A DNA stretch of 54,756 nt from a virus (Duplodnaviria; Caudoviricetes), in the IMG/VR virus record IMGVR_UViG_3300020173_000001, positions 1 through 54,756 of that record; one strand, given 5' to 3'. Both the position numbers and the translations under genes were made by a program. The notes under the pieces were generated by a model. It was not told the DNA's origin and did no database searches. It was given only the letters and a program-made list of their open reading frames with translations. This document shows, piece after piece, positions 6,490 to 15,658 of this stretch; the stretch's first letter is position 1; each line of letters starts with the position of its first letter.

Positions 6490-7593
6490 ATGAGGATTAT
6501 AAATACTATGTATAAATATACTAAAAAAGTAACCTTAAAGAGTGGTACTGCATGGAAATTTGTACCACCTCAAGATGCTATTGATTCTGGTGTCGTACAG
6601 AGACAGACCTTTCGTGATGGTAGGGCTGCACGATATGAGATACCTAGACTAGTAGAAAAGGTGGAAGCCTTTAGACGTGGTGATATTGTCGCAGGAAATA
6701 TTGGGCCTAACTCTACGATATTACAGATTTATAAATACTATGTAACAACTACACACTTTAGAGAGTTAGCATATAACTCACAAAGAACTTACGATAGCAC
6801 TATGGATGCAATTGCTAATACAAGTATTAATAATAAAAAATTAGGTGCTATTAAAATAAAAGATCTTACTGCTATGCATTGTACAGAAGCTTATGAAGAG
6901 TGGTGTGAAAGTGTTAGTGTGTCTAAAGGGAATCAGTGTGCAAGAATCTTTTCATTATTAATAAATTTTTGTATATCTATTGATTTAATTATGTATAACC
7001 CTATGTCCAAAGTTCGTAAAAGAAAACATGAAACAAGGAATACAACATGGACACAGGAACAAGTAGAAAAGTTTCTTGATACTGCATTCACTGATTTTGA
7101 TTGGCGTAATGTAGGATTAATTGTTTTGATGTGCTATGAGTGGGCACAAAGACCTACTGATATAAGATTATTAAAGTGGTCTTCAATTAATTTTAAAGAT
7201 AAAAGAGTTAAAATAAAACAAACTAAACGTGGTGCAGAAGTAGAGCTACCAATCTCTGATGAGATTATGGAGATGCTCACTCAGCAGAAAAAAGATTGGG
7301 ACTTCCAAGACTATGTAGTACCACACCAGAGGCCATCAGATGGTGCTTACAGTCCGTTAAACATTGCTCAGGTATCGGTACTCGCTAACCAAGTTAAAGA
7401 AGCTGCAGGACTGCCATCTGATTTGCGTGTTGGAGATTTAAGGAAGAGTGCCATTGTGGAAATGATCGACTCAGAGGTAGATCATCTAGCTATTATGTCA
7501 GTGACAGGACACCAGAATATCTCGTCACTTAATCCATACCATAAGCATACCTATGCTGCAGCTAAGTCTGCATTAGAAAGGAGAAAGAAATGA
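6490..7593 (+). CDS. int: Tyrosine recombinase/integrase (start may be ATG 6508)
   Basis: WAQRPTDI (R), QTKRG (K), GDLRKS (HxxR with H replaced by G), VTGH...LNPY (H, Y); N-terminal core-binding-like region. Confidence 0.9.
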   Translation: MRIINTMYKYTKKVTLKSGTAWKFVPPQDAIDSGVVQRQTFRDGRAARYEIPRLVEKVEAFRRGDIVAGNIGPNSTILQIYKYYVTTTHFRELAYNSQRTYDSTMDAIANTSINNKKLGAIKIKDLTAMHCTEAYEEWCESVSVSKGNQCARIFSLLINFCISIDLIMYNPMSKVRKRKHETRNTTWTQEQVEKFLDTAFTDFDWRNVGLIVLMCYEWAQRPTDIRLLKWSSINFKDKRVKIKQTKRGAEVELPISDEIMEMLTQQKKDWDFQDYVVPHQRPSDGAYSPLNIAQVSVLANQVKEAAGLPSDLRVGDLRKSAIVEMIDSEVDHLAIMSVTGHQNISSLNPYHKHTYAAAKSALERRKK

Positions 7594-7775
7594 AAAGACT
7601 AGTACCACCAGAGGTGTTTGAGCATTGGGCTACATGTTTCCAAGAGGGTAAACTGTCTGATGAATACGGAAAAGAATTAGCTGAGGTATTATTTTTACTT
7701 GCAAATAATGCAAGATTTGAAATAGAATACGCACAAAGATATCATGGTGATCAGTATGACAACACGATACATTAA
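7590..7775 (+). CDS. Hypothetical protein
   Basis: AAGGAG RBS, ATGA overlap with int. Confidence 0.7.
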   Translation: MKRLVPPEVFEHWATCFQEGKLSDEYGKELAEVLFLLANNARFEIEYAQRYHGDQYDNTIH

Positions 7776-7884
7776 AAATCCTATGGCTAAAGATCTTAGA
7801 CAACCTAAGTATAAACAACAGGTAATACCTAATAAGAAAAAACCTGTACCTAAACGAAAAGAAAAACACAAAGGAAAGGATTAA
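7756..7884 (+). CDS. 42-aa basic ArfA-like protein (not in ORF track)
   Basis: GGTGA RBS; KNPMAKDLRQPKYKQQVIPNKKK...RKEKHK resembles ArfA [22 protein letters not shown]...RKGKH. Confidence 0.6.
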   Translation: MTTRYIKNPMAKDLRQPKYKQQVIPNKKKPVPKRKEKHKGKD

Positions 7885-8556
7885 ATGTTACAAACATTTT
7901 ATATAGATCACATGGGTACTGACCTGTCAGTAGTTAATGCTGCAAGGGTCAGCTTTAATAAAAAAAGCACATGGGCTGGTCAAGAAGATGGACTACATGA
8001 TGGCGAAGGTGGTATGGGTGTGCTAAATACTGCTGATTCAAAACTAATACGCTACTTAGCCAAGCATAAACACATGTCACCCTTTGGACATTGCTTTGCA
8101 TCCTTCCATGTTAAAGCCCCTGTCTTTGTGGCACGTCAGCTAGTCAAGCATAAGTTCCTACGGTGGAATGAGATTAGCCGTAGATATGTTGACAGTGAGC
8201 CTGAGTTTTATGTACCTACAGATTGGCGTGGACGTAGTGAAGATAAAAAGCAGGGGTCTGAAGGTACTATAACAATATCAAATGATATTGTAGAGGATGT
8301 ATACGATGAAGTTATTGGACGGTATAGACTTCTGTTAGACATAGGCGTATGCCCTGAGCAAGCACGTATGGTACTGCCACAGTCTATGATCACTGAGTGG
8401 TACTGGTCAGGTAGCTTAGATGCATTTGCTGACATGTGTAACCTACGTTGTAAGCCTGACACACAGTACGAGACACAGGTTGTAGCTGGACACATTGACA
8501 CAGAGATGTCTAAGTTGTTCCCTGTGTCGTGGAAAGCATTAAGGGAGAATGAATGA
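7885..8556 (+). CDS. thyX: FAD-dependent thymidylate synthase
   Basis: HKHMSPFGH, ARQLVKHK..WNEISRRY, EQARMVLP motifs. Confidence 0.95.
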   Translation: MLQTFYIDHMGTDLSVVNAARVSFNKKSTWAGQEDGLHDGEGGMGVLNTADSKLIRYLAKHKHMSPFGHCFASFHVKAPVFVARQLVKHKFLRWNEISRRYVDSEPEFYVPTDWRGRSEDKKQGSEGTITISNDIVEDVYDEVIGRYRLLLDIGVCPEQARMVLPQSMITEWYWSGSLDAFADMCNLRCKPDTQYETQVVAGHIDTEMSKLFPVSWKALRENE

Positions 8557-8708
8557 TGAGAGGTAACATTGACGGTGCAATCAAGGCGTCTGCTATTGTA
8601 GCTTTACTGATAGCTGCGCCACCTGTGTTGATAGCTATGACGTATGACGAATACCCAAAGTACTGTAAGCTGTCGATATTATTGCCATGTATAGGAGTAG
8701 AGAAATGA
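8553..8708 (+). CDS. Small single-TM protein (51 aa, not in ORF track)
   Basis: GGAG RBS; ASAIVALLIAAPPVLIAM hydrophobic stretch; ATGA overlaps at both ends. Confidence 0.65.
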   Translation: MMRGNIDGAIKASAIVALLIAAPPVLIAMTYDEYPKYCKLSILLPCIGVEK

Positions 8709-8914
8709 TGTTAGCAAACATAACACTTAAAAATAACGAAGGTAAACGAGTAGCCTACCTGACCATAGATTCATCTGGGTATTATGATTTTACTTGTGAA
8801 GGTTTTGTAGAAAATGCTTGGTCTATGGCAGATCAAATGGCTGCAAATTTATCAGCGGATCAAGGATATCTAATTGACATGAATATACAGTTAGATTTAA
8901 GAGATTTAGGATGA
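8705..8914 (+). CDS. Hypothetical protein
   Basis: AGGAG RBS supports ATG 8705. Confidence 0.65.
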   Translation: MMLANITLKNNEGKRVAYLTIDSSGYYDFTCEGFVENAWSMADQMAANLSADQGYLIDMNIQLDLRDLG

Positions 8915-9096
8915 ATAAACAGATGAGTGACATAATCAAAGTAACAGATATAGAAGAACACGAGGATGGTAGTGCTACACTTCAAGTAGAGTGTGACCCT
9001 GAGATATTCGCAGCTATCTTTAACGTAGGGTTTATTGAGTTAGTAAAGCGAGGTTTAGAATCAGAAAGGAGTGAAGATGTACGCAGTTCAGATTGA
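8911..9096 (+). CDS. Conserved phage hypothetical protein
   Basis: IEEHEDGSATLQVEC motif; operon packing. Confidence 0.65.
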   Translation: MNKQMSDIIKVTDIEEHEDGSATLQVECDPEIFAAIFNVGFIELVKRGLESERSEDVRSSD

Positions 9097-9310
9097 GATA
9101 GAAAAAGGTGAGTACACTTTAGTACGAAAGGAAAATCCTTGGACTTATGATTCAGAAGTTCTTTTATTTGAAACAAAAGAAGAAGCAGAAGCTGAATCAA
9201 CAAGATGGAATACAGGTATTGTAGTAGACTACAAACGATACATAAGACCTATGACTAAGGAAGAACGTACTAGATCTATTCAAAGGAATAGAACCTTTGT
9301 TAGTAAGTGA
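9071..9310 (+). CDS. Hypothetical protein (likely start ATG 9077)
   Basis: AAGGAG RBS. Confidence 0.65.
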   Translation: MKMYAVQIEIEKGEYTLVRKENPWTYDSEVLLFETKEEAEAESTRWNTGIVVDYKRYIRPMTKEERTRSIQRNRTFVSK

Positions 9311-9437
9311 GTATATACCGTACATAATTTCCTTATCTGTTGTCGTAGGTAGTATTGCATTCATACCTCTTTGGCTGCTATACTTCGGTTTCAGAAATTT
9401 AAAAACCTTTATCAAAGGAAAAACAAATGTCAGATAA
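9297..9437 (+). CDS. Small single-TM protein (46 aa, TTG start, not in ORF track)
   Basis: AAGGA RBS; YIISLSVVVGSIAFIPLWLLYFGF followed by a basic tail; fills the gap before primase. Confidence 0.5.
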   Translation: MLVSEYIPYIISLSVVVGSIAFIPLWLLYFGFRNLKTFIKGKTNVR

Positions 9438-11025
9438 TCCACATTCACCCTGCCCTTATGAAGACTGTAGCTCTTCAGATGCATTCAATTGGAATGATGA
9501 TGGTTACGGTCACTGTCACTCATGCAGTAGGGCATACCCAATGAAAAACATGCCCACTACATTTGATTGGGTTAAGCAGGAGTACCCCTTGAAAGAACGT
9601 ATTCAACCACAAAACATACAAGTCACTGGTGTGAAGTATGATGGCATCAGAGGTATTGATCCTGATGTATGCAAGCTATATGGTATACAAATACAGACTG
9701 GCCCGAACGGTGAGGATGTACGCTATGCATATAAGTACCCACATACAATTAAATATCGTATGTGTAATGACAAATCAAAGTCATGGGTCAAAGATCGTGG
9801 CTTAGGTATGAACCACCTGTTTGGCCCTGAGTTCAATGCTGGTACAGGTAAACGTATCTATCTTACAGAAGGTGAGTTTGATGCAGCTAGTTTGTATCAG
9901 ATCCTTGGCAAAACATTTCCTGTTAAGTCTTTACCTTCTGCATCTATTGGTGAGAAGTTCATCAAGCACAATCTAAAATACCTAACATCATTCAAAGAAA
10001 TTGTGTATGCAGGTGAGCTTGATGATGCAGGACGTAGGGCTGCAGATAAATTGTATCAGGCATTCCCTGAGAAGTTTTATTATGTACCTATGACTGAGTG
10101 CAAGGATGCTAATGAGTTTCTTGAGACAGGTAAGCATGAGAAACTTATGTGGGCTGCACGATCACCACAACGTTATACACCAGAGAATTTCTTTTGTTCT
10201 GATGCTGATGTAGAAGCAGCAATCAAGAATGAAAATCCATATGAGTATGTACCAACAGGTCACACTGGCTTGGATGAAAAGATACGTGGTATGGTTAAGG
10301 GTGGGCTTACGTTTATCAAAGCCCCTCGTGGTACTGGTAAGACTGAGGTGATCAGATACTTTGAGACAGGGTTACTTAACAATGGTGATACATCAGTAGC
10401 AATGCTGCACATGGAAGAAATGAAGTCTACTACCTACCGTGCTATGGCTACATATCATCTAGGTGTAAACGTTAGAACTAAAGAAGATGCTGCCAACAAC
10501 AACGTGTCAGAGCAAAACGTTATTGAAGCGGCTAAGATTGCAACCAAAGGTGAAAGGACAATTATCTTTGAGATGATGTCACACGATGACCCACTCAAGC
10601 TGCTAGATTATGTACGTCTAGCTGTTACAGTCTATGGTGCTGGCTATATATTTATTGACCATGTACAACGTCTAGCCTACCTATCTAACTCAGGTGTAGA
10701 TGGTGCTACTAGTACATTGACTACACTAGGCTCACGTATGGCTCAGTTAGCTAAGGAGCTAAACATTGGTGTAATCTTTATCTCTCAAGTCAATGATGAT
10801 GGACGTACTAAGTATGCTGCATCACTTGAGGAAGAGGCAATCATTTGTATTAAGCTGGAACGTACAGCAGAAAGTGAGGACGAGGTAGAGCAGAATACAA
10901 CAACCTTTATCGTAGATAAGAACAGACCCTTTGCTAAGTTAGGTAGGGCTGGATCAGTATACTATGATCCATCAACAACCATACTAAGAGAGGATTTGTT
11001 TACACAAGAATCACAGGTGGCGTAA
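9427..11025 (+). CDS. T7 gp4-like DNA primase/helicase
   Basis: N-terminal Zn finger CPYEDC...CHSC, TOPRIM TEGEFDA, DnaB-like Walker A APRGTGKT, IFIDH. Confidence 0.93.
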   Translation: MSDNPHSPCPYEDCSSSDAFNWNDDGYGHCHSCSRAYPMKNMPTTFDWVKQEYPLKERIQPQNIQVTGVKYDGIRGIDPDVCKLYGIQIQTGPNGEDVRYAYKYPHTIKYRMCNDKSKSWVKDRGLGMNHLFGPEFNAGTGKRIYLTEGEFDAASLYQILGKTFPVKSLPSASIGEKFIKHNLKYLTSFKEIVYAGELDDAGRRAADKLYQAFPEKFYYVPMTECKDANEFLETGKHEKLMWAARSPQRYTPENFFCSDADVEAAIKNENPYEYVPTGHTGLDEKIRGMVKGGLTFIKAPRGTGKTEVIRYFETGLLNNGDTSVAMLHMEEMKSTTYRAMATYHLGVNVRTKEDAANNNVSEQNVIEAAKIATKGERTIIFEMMSHDDPLKLLDYVRLAVTVYGAGYIFIDHVQRLAYLSNSGVDGATSTLTTLGSRMAQLAKELNIGVIFISQVNDDGRTKYAASLEEEAIICIKLERTAESEDEVEQNTTTFIVDKNRPFAKLGRAGSVYYDPSTTILREDLFTQESQVA

Positions 11026-12854
11026 TGATATTTGATGTAGAAGCTGATGGCCTCTTAGATGATGCCACTAAGATACATTGCATGTCGTTTACTAGGGATG
11101 GCTTTCCTATGTGTTCGACAAGTGATTATGGTGCAATGAGAAACATATTACTTAATCAAAAAGTTTTGATAGGTCATAACATTGTACGTTACGATGTACC
11201 ATTACTAGAAAAAATCTTAGGTATTAAGATCAAAGCTAAGTTGTATGATACATTACCTATGTCATGGGTAATTAATACTGATAGACCTAAGCACAGTCTT
11301 GAGTCTTTTGGTGAAGACTTTGGTGTACCAAAGCCTGAGATAAATGATTGGGTAAACTTATCTCAAGAAGAGTACATACATAGGTGTCAAGAAGATGTTA
11401 AGATAACTAAAAGACTTTGGGAAAATCTTATCCAAAGATTCATGATGGTTTACAAAGATAAATCTAACCTTGATAGATTCTTTCAGTACCTTACATTCAA
11501 AATGAAATGTGCTTATGCTGCAGAAGAAAGTGGCTGGAAGCTTGACGTTGATTTAGCTAAAGATTGTGTAGCTAAACTTAAAGCTGAACAGGACGAAAAG
11601 ATTACTGAGTTAAAAACAGTAATGCCTATGCGTACTTTGTTTAGAAAGAAGTCAAAGCCAAAGGTAATGCATAAGAAAGATGGTTCTCTATCTAAACAGG
11701 GTGCTGAATGGAATGCTTTACTTCTAGAGCATATGCATCCCTCTGACTATATCGGTGAAATAGAAATAGTAAAAGGAGTTGAAGAGCCTAACCCTAAGTC
11801 AAGTGATCAAGTAAAGGCATGGCTGTTTGATCTAGGTTGGAAGCCCTGTACATTTAAGTTTGTTGAGGATCGTAAGATACCACAAGTACGAAAGAATGGT
11901 GAGCTTACTAACTCAGTTAAATTATTAATTGATGCCAACCCTACCGTTGGTGTACTTGATGGCCTTACCGTTATTCAACACAGGCTTGGAATCTTTAAAG
12001 GTATGTTAGAGTGTGAAGTTGATGGTTATGTTAAGGCAGAGATTGAAGGTCTTACTAATACACTAAGATTCAAACACAAAAAGCCTTTAGTAAATCTTCC
12101 GGGTATAGATAAGCCTTGGGGTAAAGAAATACGTGGTTGTCTTGTAGCACCAGAAGGTTATGTATTATGTGGTGCAGATATGACATCACTTGAAGATACA
12201 ACTAAGCGTCACTATATGAAACCATATGACCCTAAGTATGTAGAAGAAATGTCTCAGGATGGATTTGATCCACACTTAGACTTAGCTAAACATGCTGGTG
12301 CGGTGACACAAGAAGATATCGACAAGCATAATGCAGGTCAAATTAATTTAAAGTCACTACGAAAAAACTATAAGGTTGTTAATTACTCAGCTACCTATGG
12401 TGTTGGTGCAGCAAAACTATCCAGAGAAACTGGTATGACAGAACAAGAAGCTAAAAAACTTTTGAATGCATACTGGGAACGTAACTGGTCTGTCGCAGAG
12501 TTTGCTGCAGACAACCTAAAGAAAGTAAAGCTTATCAATGGACAAATGTGGGTACAAAATCCTGTCAGTAAGTTCTGGCATACTCTTCGATATGAGAAGG
12601 ATGTATTCTCTACACTCAATCAATCTACAGGTGCTTACTGTTTTGATAAGTGGGTAGCTTACTATCGTATGGCAAGACCAAATATTGTAGGTCAGTTCCA
12701 CGATGAATCAATTAACCTTGTTAAAAAAGGTGACGAACAACAACACAAACTTAAACTTGTGTCTGCTATTAATAAATTAAATAAGGAGTTAAAACTTAAT
12801 GTTGATCTAGGTATAGATGTACAGTTCGGAAATAAATATTCCGAGATACATTAA
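11025..12854 (+). CDS. polA: Family A DNA polymerase with 3'-5' exonuclease (Tyr762 type)
   Basis: FDVEADG ExoI, GHNIVRYD ExoII, motif A GADMTSLE, motif B RKNYKVVNYSATYG, motif C FHDE. Confidence 0.95.
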   Translation: MIFDVEADGLLDDATKIHCMSFTRDGFPMCSTSDYGAMRNILLNQKVLIGHNIVRYDVPLLEKILGIKIKAKLYDTLPMSWVINTDRPKHSLESFGEDFGVPKPEINDWVNLSQEEYIHRCQEDVKITKRLWENLIQRFMMVYKDKSNLDRFFQYLTFKMKCAYAAEESGWKLDVDLAKDCVAKLKAEQDEKITELKTVMPMRTLFRKKSKPKVMHKKDGSLSKQGAEWNALLLEHMHPSDYIGEIEIVKGVEEPNPKSSDQVKAWLFDLGWKPCTFKFVEDRKIPQVRKNGELTNSVKLLIDANPTVGVLDGLTVIQHRLGIFKGMLECEVDGYVKAEIEGLTNTLRFKHKKPLVNLPGIDKPWGKEIRGCLVAPEGYVLCGADMTSLEDTTKRHYMKPYDPKYVEEMSQDGFDPHLDLAKHAGAVTQEDIDKHNAGQINLKSLRKNYKVVNYSATYGVGAAKLSRETGMTEQEAKKLLNAYWERNWSVAEFAADNLKKVKLINGQMWVQNPVSKFWHTLRYEKDVFSTLNQSTGAYCFDKWVAYYRMARPNIVGQFHDESINLVKKGDEQQHKLKLVSAINKLNKELKLNVDLGIDVQFGNKYSEIH

Positions 12855-12862
12855 AAAAGTTC

Positions 12863-12892
12863 TTGCATGTTCTTTTTAATACATGCTACAAT
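12863..12892 (+). promoter_or_regulatory. Putative promoter upstream of SSB
   Basis: TTGCAT, 18 bp, (TGc)TACAAT; same layout as the int promoter. Confidence 0.55.
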
Positions 12893-12921
12893 TCAATTCT
12901 AGTCTTTAAAGGAGTTAGCAA

Positions 12922-13461
12922 ATGGCTAAAATAACAGTAACAGGTATTGCTCAATGGGCAAAAGTATTTGAACAAAACCGTGATCTTGAGGGTTATCAAG
13001 GGCAGTGGCGTGACACTGATGGACGCTGTACGATTGAGATGATTCTTGACGAGGACAATACAGCACGTATCAAAGCTGCTGGCTGCATGTCATCAGGTAA
13101 GGATGATCCAGAAGGACGAGGACGTGCCTTTAAGTTTACACGTAAGTTTGATACCCCCAATGATTGGGATGGTGGAGCACCTGCAGTGTACAAACCAGAT
13201 GGTACTGTCTGGGATTTTGAAGCTGATGGGCCTATCGGCAATGGTTCTGAAGTTCTGGTAGAACTAGATGTCTACAAGAACAAACAGTACAGCACTGTTA
13301 CTACACGACTTGAACGTGTTAAGGTAATGAAGCATGTATCATACGATGGTTCATCAGGTATGTCTGGCCCAGATCCTTTTACTAAAGATATTACGTCAGG
13401 TAGTGTAGTCGCTGCACAAACTAATAATGTTGAGCTTGCATCAGAAGAAATCCCATTTTAA
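12922..13461 (+). CDS. T7 gp2.5-like single-stranded DNA-binding protein
   Basis: WAKVFE, IGNGSEV, C-terminal EEIPF; position after polymerase. Confidence 0.8.
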   Translation: MAKITVTGIAQWAKVFEQNRDLEGYQGQWRDTDGRCTIEMILDEDNTARIKAAGCMSSGKDDPEGRGRAFKFTRKFDTPNDWDGGAPAVYKPDGTVWDFEADGPIGNGSEVLVELDVYKNKQYSTVTTRLERVKVMKHVSYDGSSGMSGPDPFTKDITSGSVVAAQTNNVELASEEIPF

Positions 13462-13471
13462 GGAGTAGGTT

Positions 13472-14326
13472 ATGCCTAATATAAATACGTTAGTCGAAGA
13501 TATTTATTCTGTAATTGAAGGAAAGGGTGGGTGGGATAGAACAATTACGGAATACTTAGCACGTAATATAGCTGATGTTGCACACGATAGGTTTAAGGAA
13601 CCTCAGAAACCCAGAGGATATTTAAGTTTATCCTCTGTGGGTTCACCCTGTAAAAGAAAGACTTGGTATAGAATAAATAAAACAGAAGAAGCTGCACCAT
13701 TAAAGCCTCAGTTACTCGGTCTTTTCTTTTACGGGGATCTTTTAGAAACTCTACTGCTTGCCTTAGCCAAGGCAGCAGGACATGATGTTCAAGGTGAGCA
13801 GGATCGTTTGTCTGTTCACGGTATCAAAGGTCACAGGGATGCGGTCATTGATGGTGTGACAGTAGATGTTAAGTCTGCGTCACGTTATGGAATGCAGAAA
13901 TTTAAAAATCATGTACTACGTGATGACGATCCCTATGGTTACATCAGTCAGTTAAGTTCATATGTATATGCAGGTAAAGATGATCCACTTGTAACAGATA
14001 AAAAACGTGGTGCTTTCCTTGTCGTACAGAAAGATAACTTTGAACTTTGTTTAGATACATACGACTTTACTGAAGAGTTAAAAAACAAAGAACAAGAAGT
14101 TAAAAAAGTAAAAGAGGTTGTGTCTGGAGATATACCAGAGGAACGAATAGCACCTATACCTCAGTCAGACACATCTGAAAATACTAAATTATCTTTTGCT
14201 TGTTCTGGTTGTGAATACCGTAAGACATGTTGGCCTGAAGCAAGAGTGTTTCAATATGCTGGTGGACGTAAGGAGTACTTGATTGATGTGGTTAAAAAAC
14301 CAAAAGTACCTGAGTTAATAGATTGA
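13472..14326 (+). CDS. Cas4/RecB-like PD-(D/E)XK exonuclease
   Basis: SSVGSPC, GHRDAVIDG..VDVKS, SQLSSY, CSGCEYRKTCW (Fe-S cysteines). Confidence 0.85.
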   Translation: MPNINTLVEDIYSVIEGKGGWDRTITEYLARNIADVAHDRFKEPQKPRGYLSLSSVGSPCKRKTWYRINKTEEAAPLKPQLLGLFFYGDLLETLLLALAKAAGHDVQGEQDRLSVHGIKGHRDAVIDGVTVDVKSASRYGMQKFKNHVLRDDDPYGYISQLSSYVYAGKDDPLVTDKKRGAFLVVQKDNFELCLDTYDFTEELKNKEQEVKKVKEVVSGDIPEERIAPIPQSDTSENTKLSFACSGCEYRKTCWPEARVFQYAGGRKEYLIDVVKKPKVPELID

Positions 14327-14673
14327 GTAAACAAGGTAAGCAGAAAGGCAGGTTAGGCCAGCAAGAAATCAGGGATGCTTTACTAAAAGCATTTCCTGAA
14401 CTTGAGCCTGATGATATAAAGTCAACTGTCATGGGTGATACTGGTGCAGATATACAATTGTCACCAGCAGCACGTAAGTTAATACCTATATCAATAGAAG
14501 TTAAAAGGAGAAAGTCAGCACTTAAAACAGTCTATGCTTGGATGTCACAAGCAGACAATCACACAGATAATCCACCTGTAGTTTTCTATCGTTCAGATAG
14601 ACAGAAATGGTTAGTAGTAACTGAGCTAGATCACTACATAAAATTGCTTAGGAATAAAGATGGTAAACAGTGA
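14323..14673 (+). CDS. Holliday-junction resolvase-like PD-(D/E)XK nuclease
   Basis: KQKGR.GQQ, GADIQLSPAA..ISIEVK. Confidence 0.75.
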   Translation: MSKQGKQKGRLGQQEIRDALLKAFPELEPDDIKSTVMGDTGADIQLSPAARKLIPISIEVKRRKSALKTVYAWMSQADNHTDNPPVVFYRSDRQKWLVVTELDHYIKLLRNKDGKQ

Positions 14674-14893
14674 TCTTAGAGATAAGCCAGTTAAAATTTG
14701 GGATGTCATATCAGGTCCATATCCCTTAGAGCATCCTGATTTAGATGATGTACATTACAACCTATGTAAGGTAGAGGTAGATGGTAAGGTAGAAGATATA
14801 GAATATTTCTTTGATAGCTTTAACGATGCTTATGAAATGGTAAAATATTTTTCAAAAAATATTGAACCTATAGAAATTAAAATGGAAGATTGA
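14660..14893 (+). CDS. Hypothetical protein
   Basis: 77-aa ORF in operon. Confidence 0.65.
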   Translation: MVNSDLRDKPVKIWDVISGPYPLEHPDLDDVHYNLCKVEVDGKVEDIEYFFDSFNDAYEMVKYFSKNIEPIEIKMED

Positions 14894-14922
14894 CATGGGG
14901 TTTTAGATGAGTATAACTAGGG
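14890..14922 (+). promoter_or_regulatory. Promoter TTGACA-16-TATAACTAGGG
   Basis: Same architecture recurs at 39832 and 54186 on the - strand. Confidence 0.6.
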
Positions 14923-15089
14923 GTTTCCGATATGAGGTTACTGTCAATATAAAGGTAGAACCAGATGCAAACTTTTTTGAGTCAGATCCAAGATATAATC
15001 TGAATGTGATTCAAGAACTAATACAGGATGTCCTGTATGACTTAGACGATATAACTGTAACAAACTGTGAGGTAAAAACAGATGACTAA
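14907..15089 (+). CDS. Hypothetical protein
   Basis: 60-aa ORF; start uncertain (overlaps the promoter). Confidence 0.55.
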   Translation: MSITRGFRYEVTVNIKVEPDANFFESDPRYNLNVIQELIQDVLYDLDDITVTNCEVKTDD

Positions 15090-15288
15090 ACTAACATTAG
15101 ACGATAAAGAATATGAAATCGAAGACATGAATGATGAACAGAAAGAGATTTTAAATATTTTAAATCTAGGTTCTAACTCCGCAAATCTTTTGAACCACAT
15201 GATCCAATGTGTAAATGCAATTCAACAGATGAAAACAAATGAATTGAAACAATCATTGGAAGGTGATGAGGATGATAAATCGGAGTGA
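15082..15288 (+). CDS. Small coiled-coil hypothetical protein
   Basis: GAGG RBS; LTLDDKEYEIEDMNDEQK motif. Confidence 0.7.
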   Translation: MTKLTLDDKEYEIEDMNDEQKEILNILNLGSNSANLLNHMIQCVNAIQQMKTNELKQSLEGDEDDKSE

Positions 15289-15658
15289 TCTAGAAGCGTT
15301 TGGATATTTTGACATGTTTCAAAATAGTCCAGACTATGAGAAAGATCCTGTTCGTTTTTATAGCCAGTTTGTAGAGGACAAGATATTAACTAAAGGGCGT
15401 GATCGTCTAATAGAAAATACTCTTGGCCTCGCTGGTGAAGCAGGTGAGGTATCTGAAAAGATAAAGAAACTCTTTCGAGACAAGAATAAATTTAGTGATG
15501 AAGATATATTGAAAGAGTTAGGTGATGTGTTGTTTTACACAGTGGCTTTGGCAAATATCTTCGGTGGTAATCTACGTAAAGTTATGGAGATGAACATGGC
15601 AAAGCTAGATGACAGAGAGCAACGTGGTGTATTAAAGGGAAGCGGAGATAATAGATGA
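15272..15658 (+). CDS. mazG: MazG-like nucleotide pyrophosphohydrolase
   Basis: LGLAGEAGEVSEKIKK, KELGDVLFY, KLDDREQRGVLKGSGDNR. Confidence 0.9.
   Translation: MINRSDLEAFGYFDMFQNSPDYEKDPVRFYSQFVEDKILTKGRDRLIENTLGLAGEAGEVSEKIKKLFRDKNKFSDEDILKELGDVLFYTVALANIFGGNLRKVMEMNMAKLDDREQRGVLKGSGDNR

Noticed and set aside
12826-12846. tcggaa-ataaata-ttccgaga resembling the early dyad
   Set aside because: Spacer is 6 bp too long and it lies in polymerase coding sequence (FGNKYSEIH); probably chance
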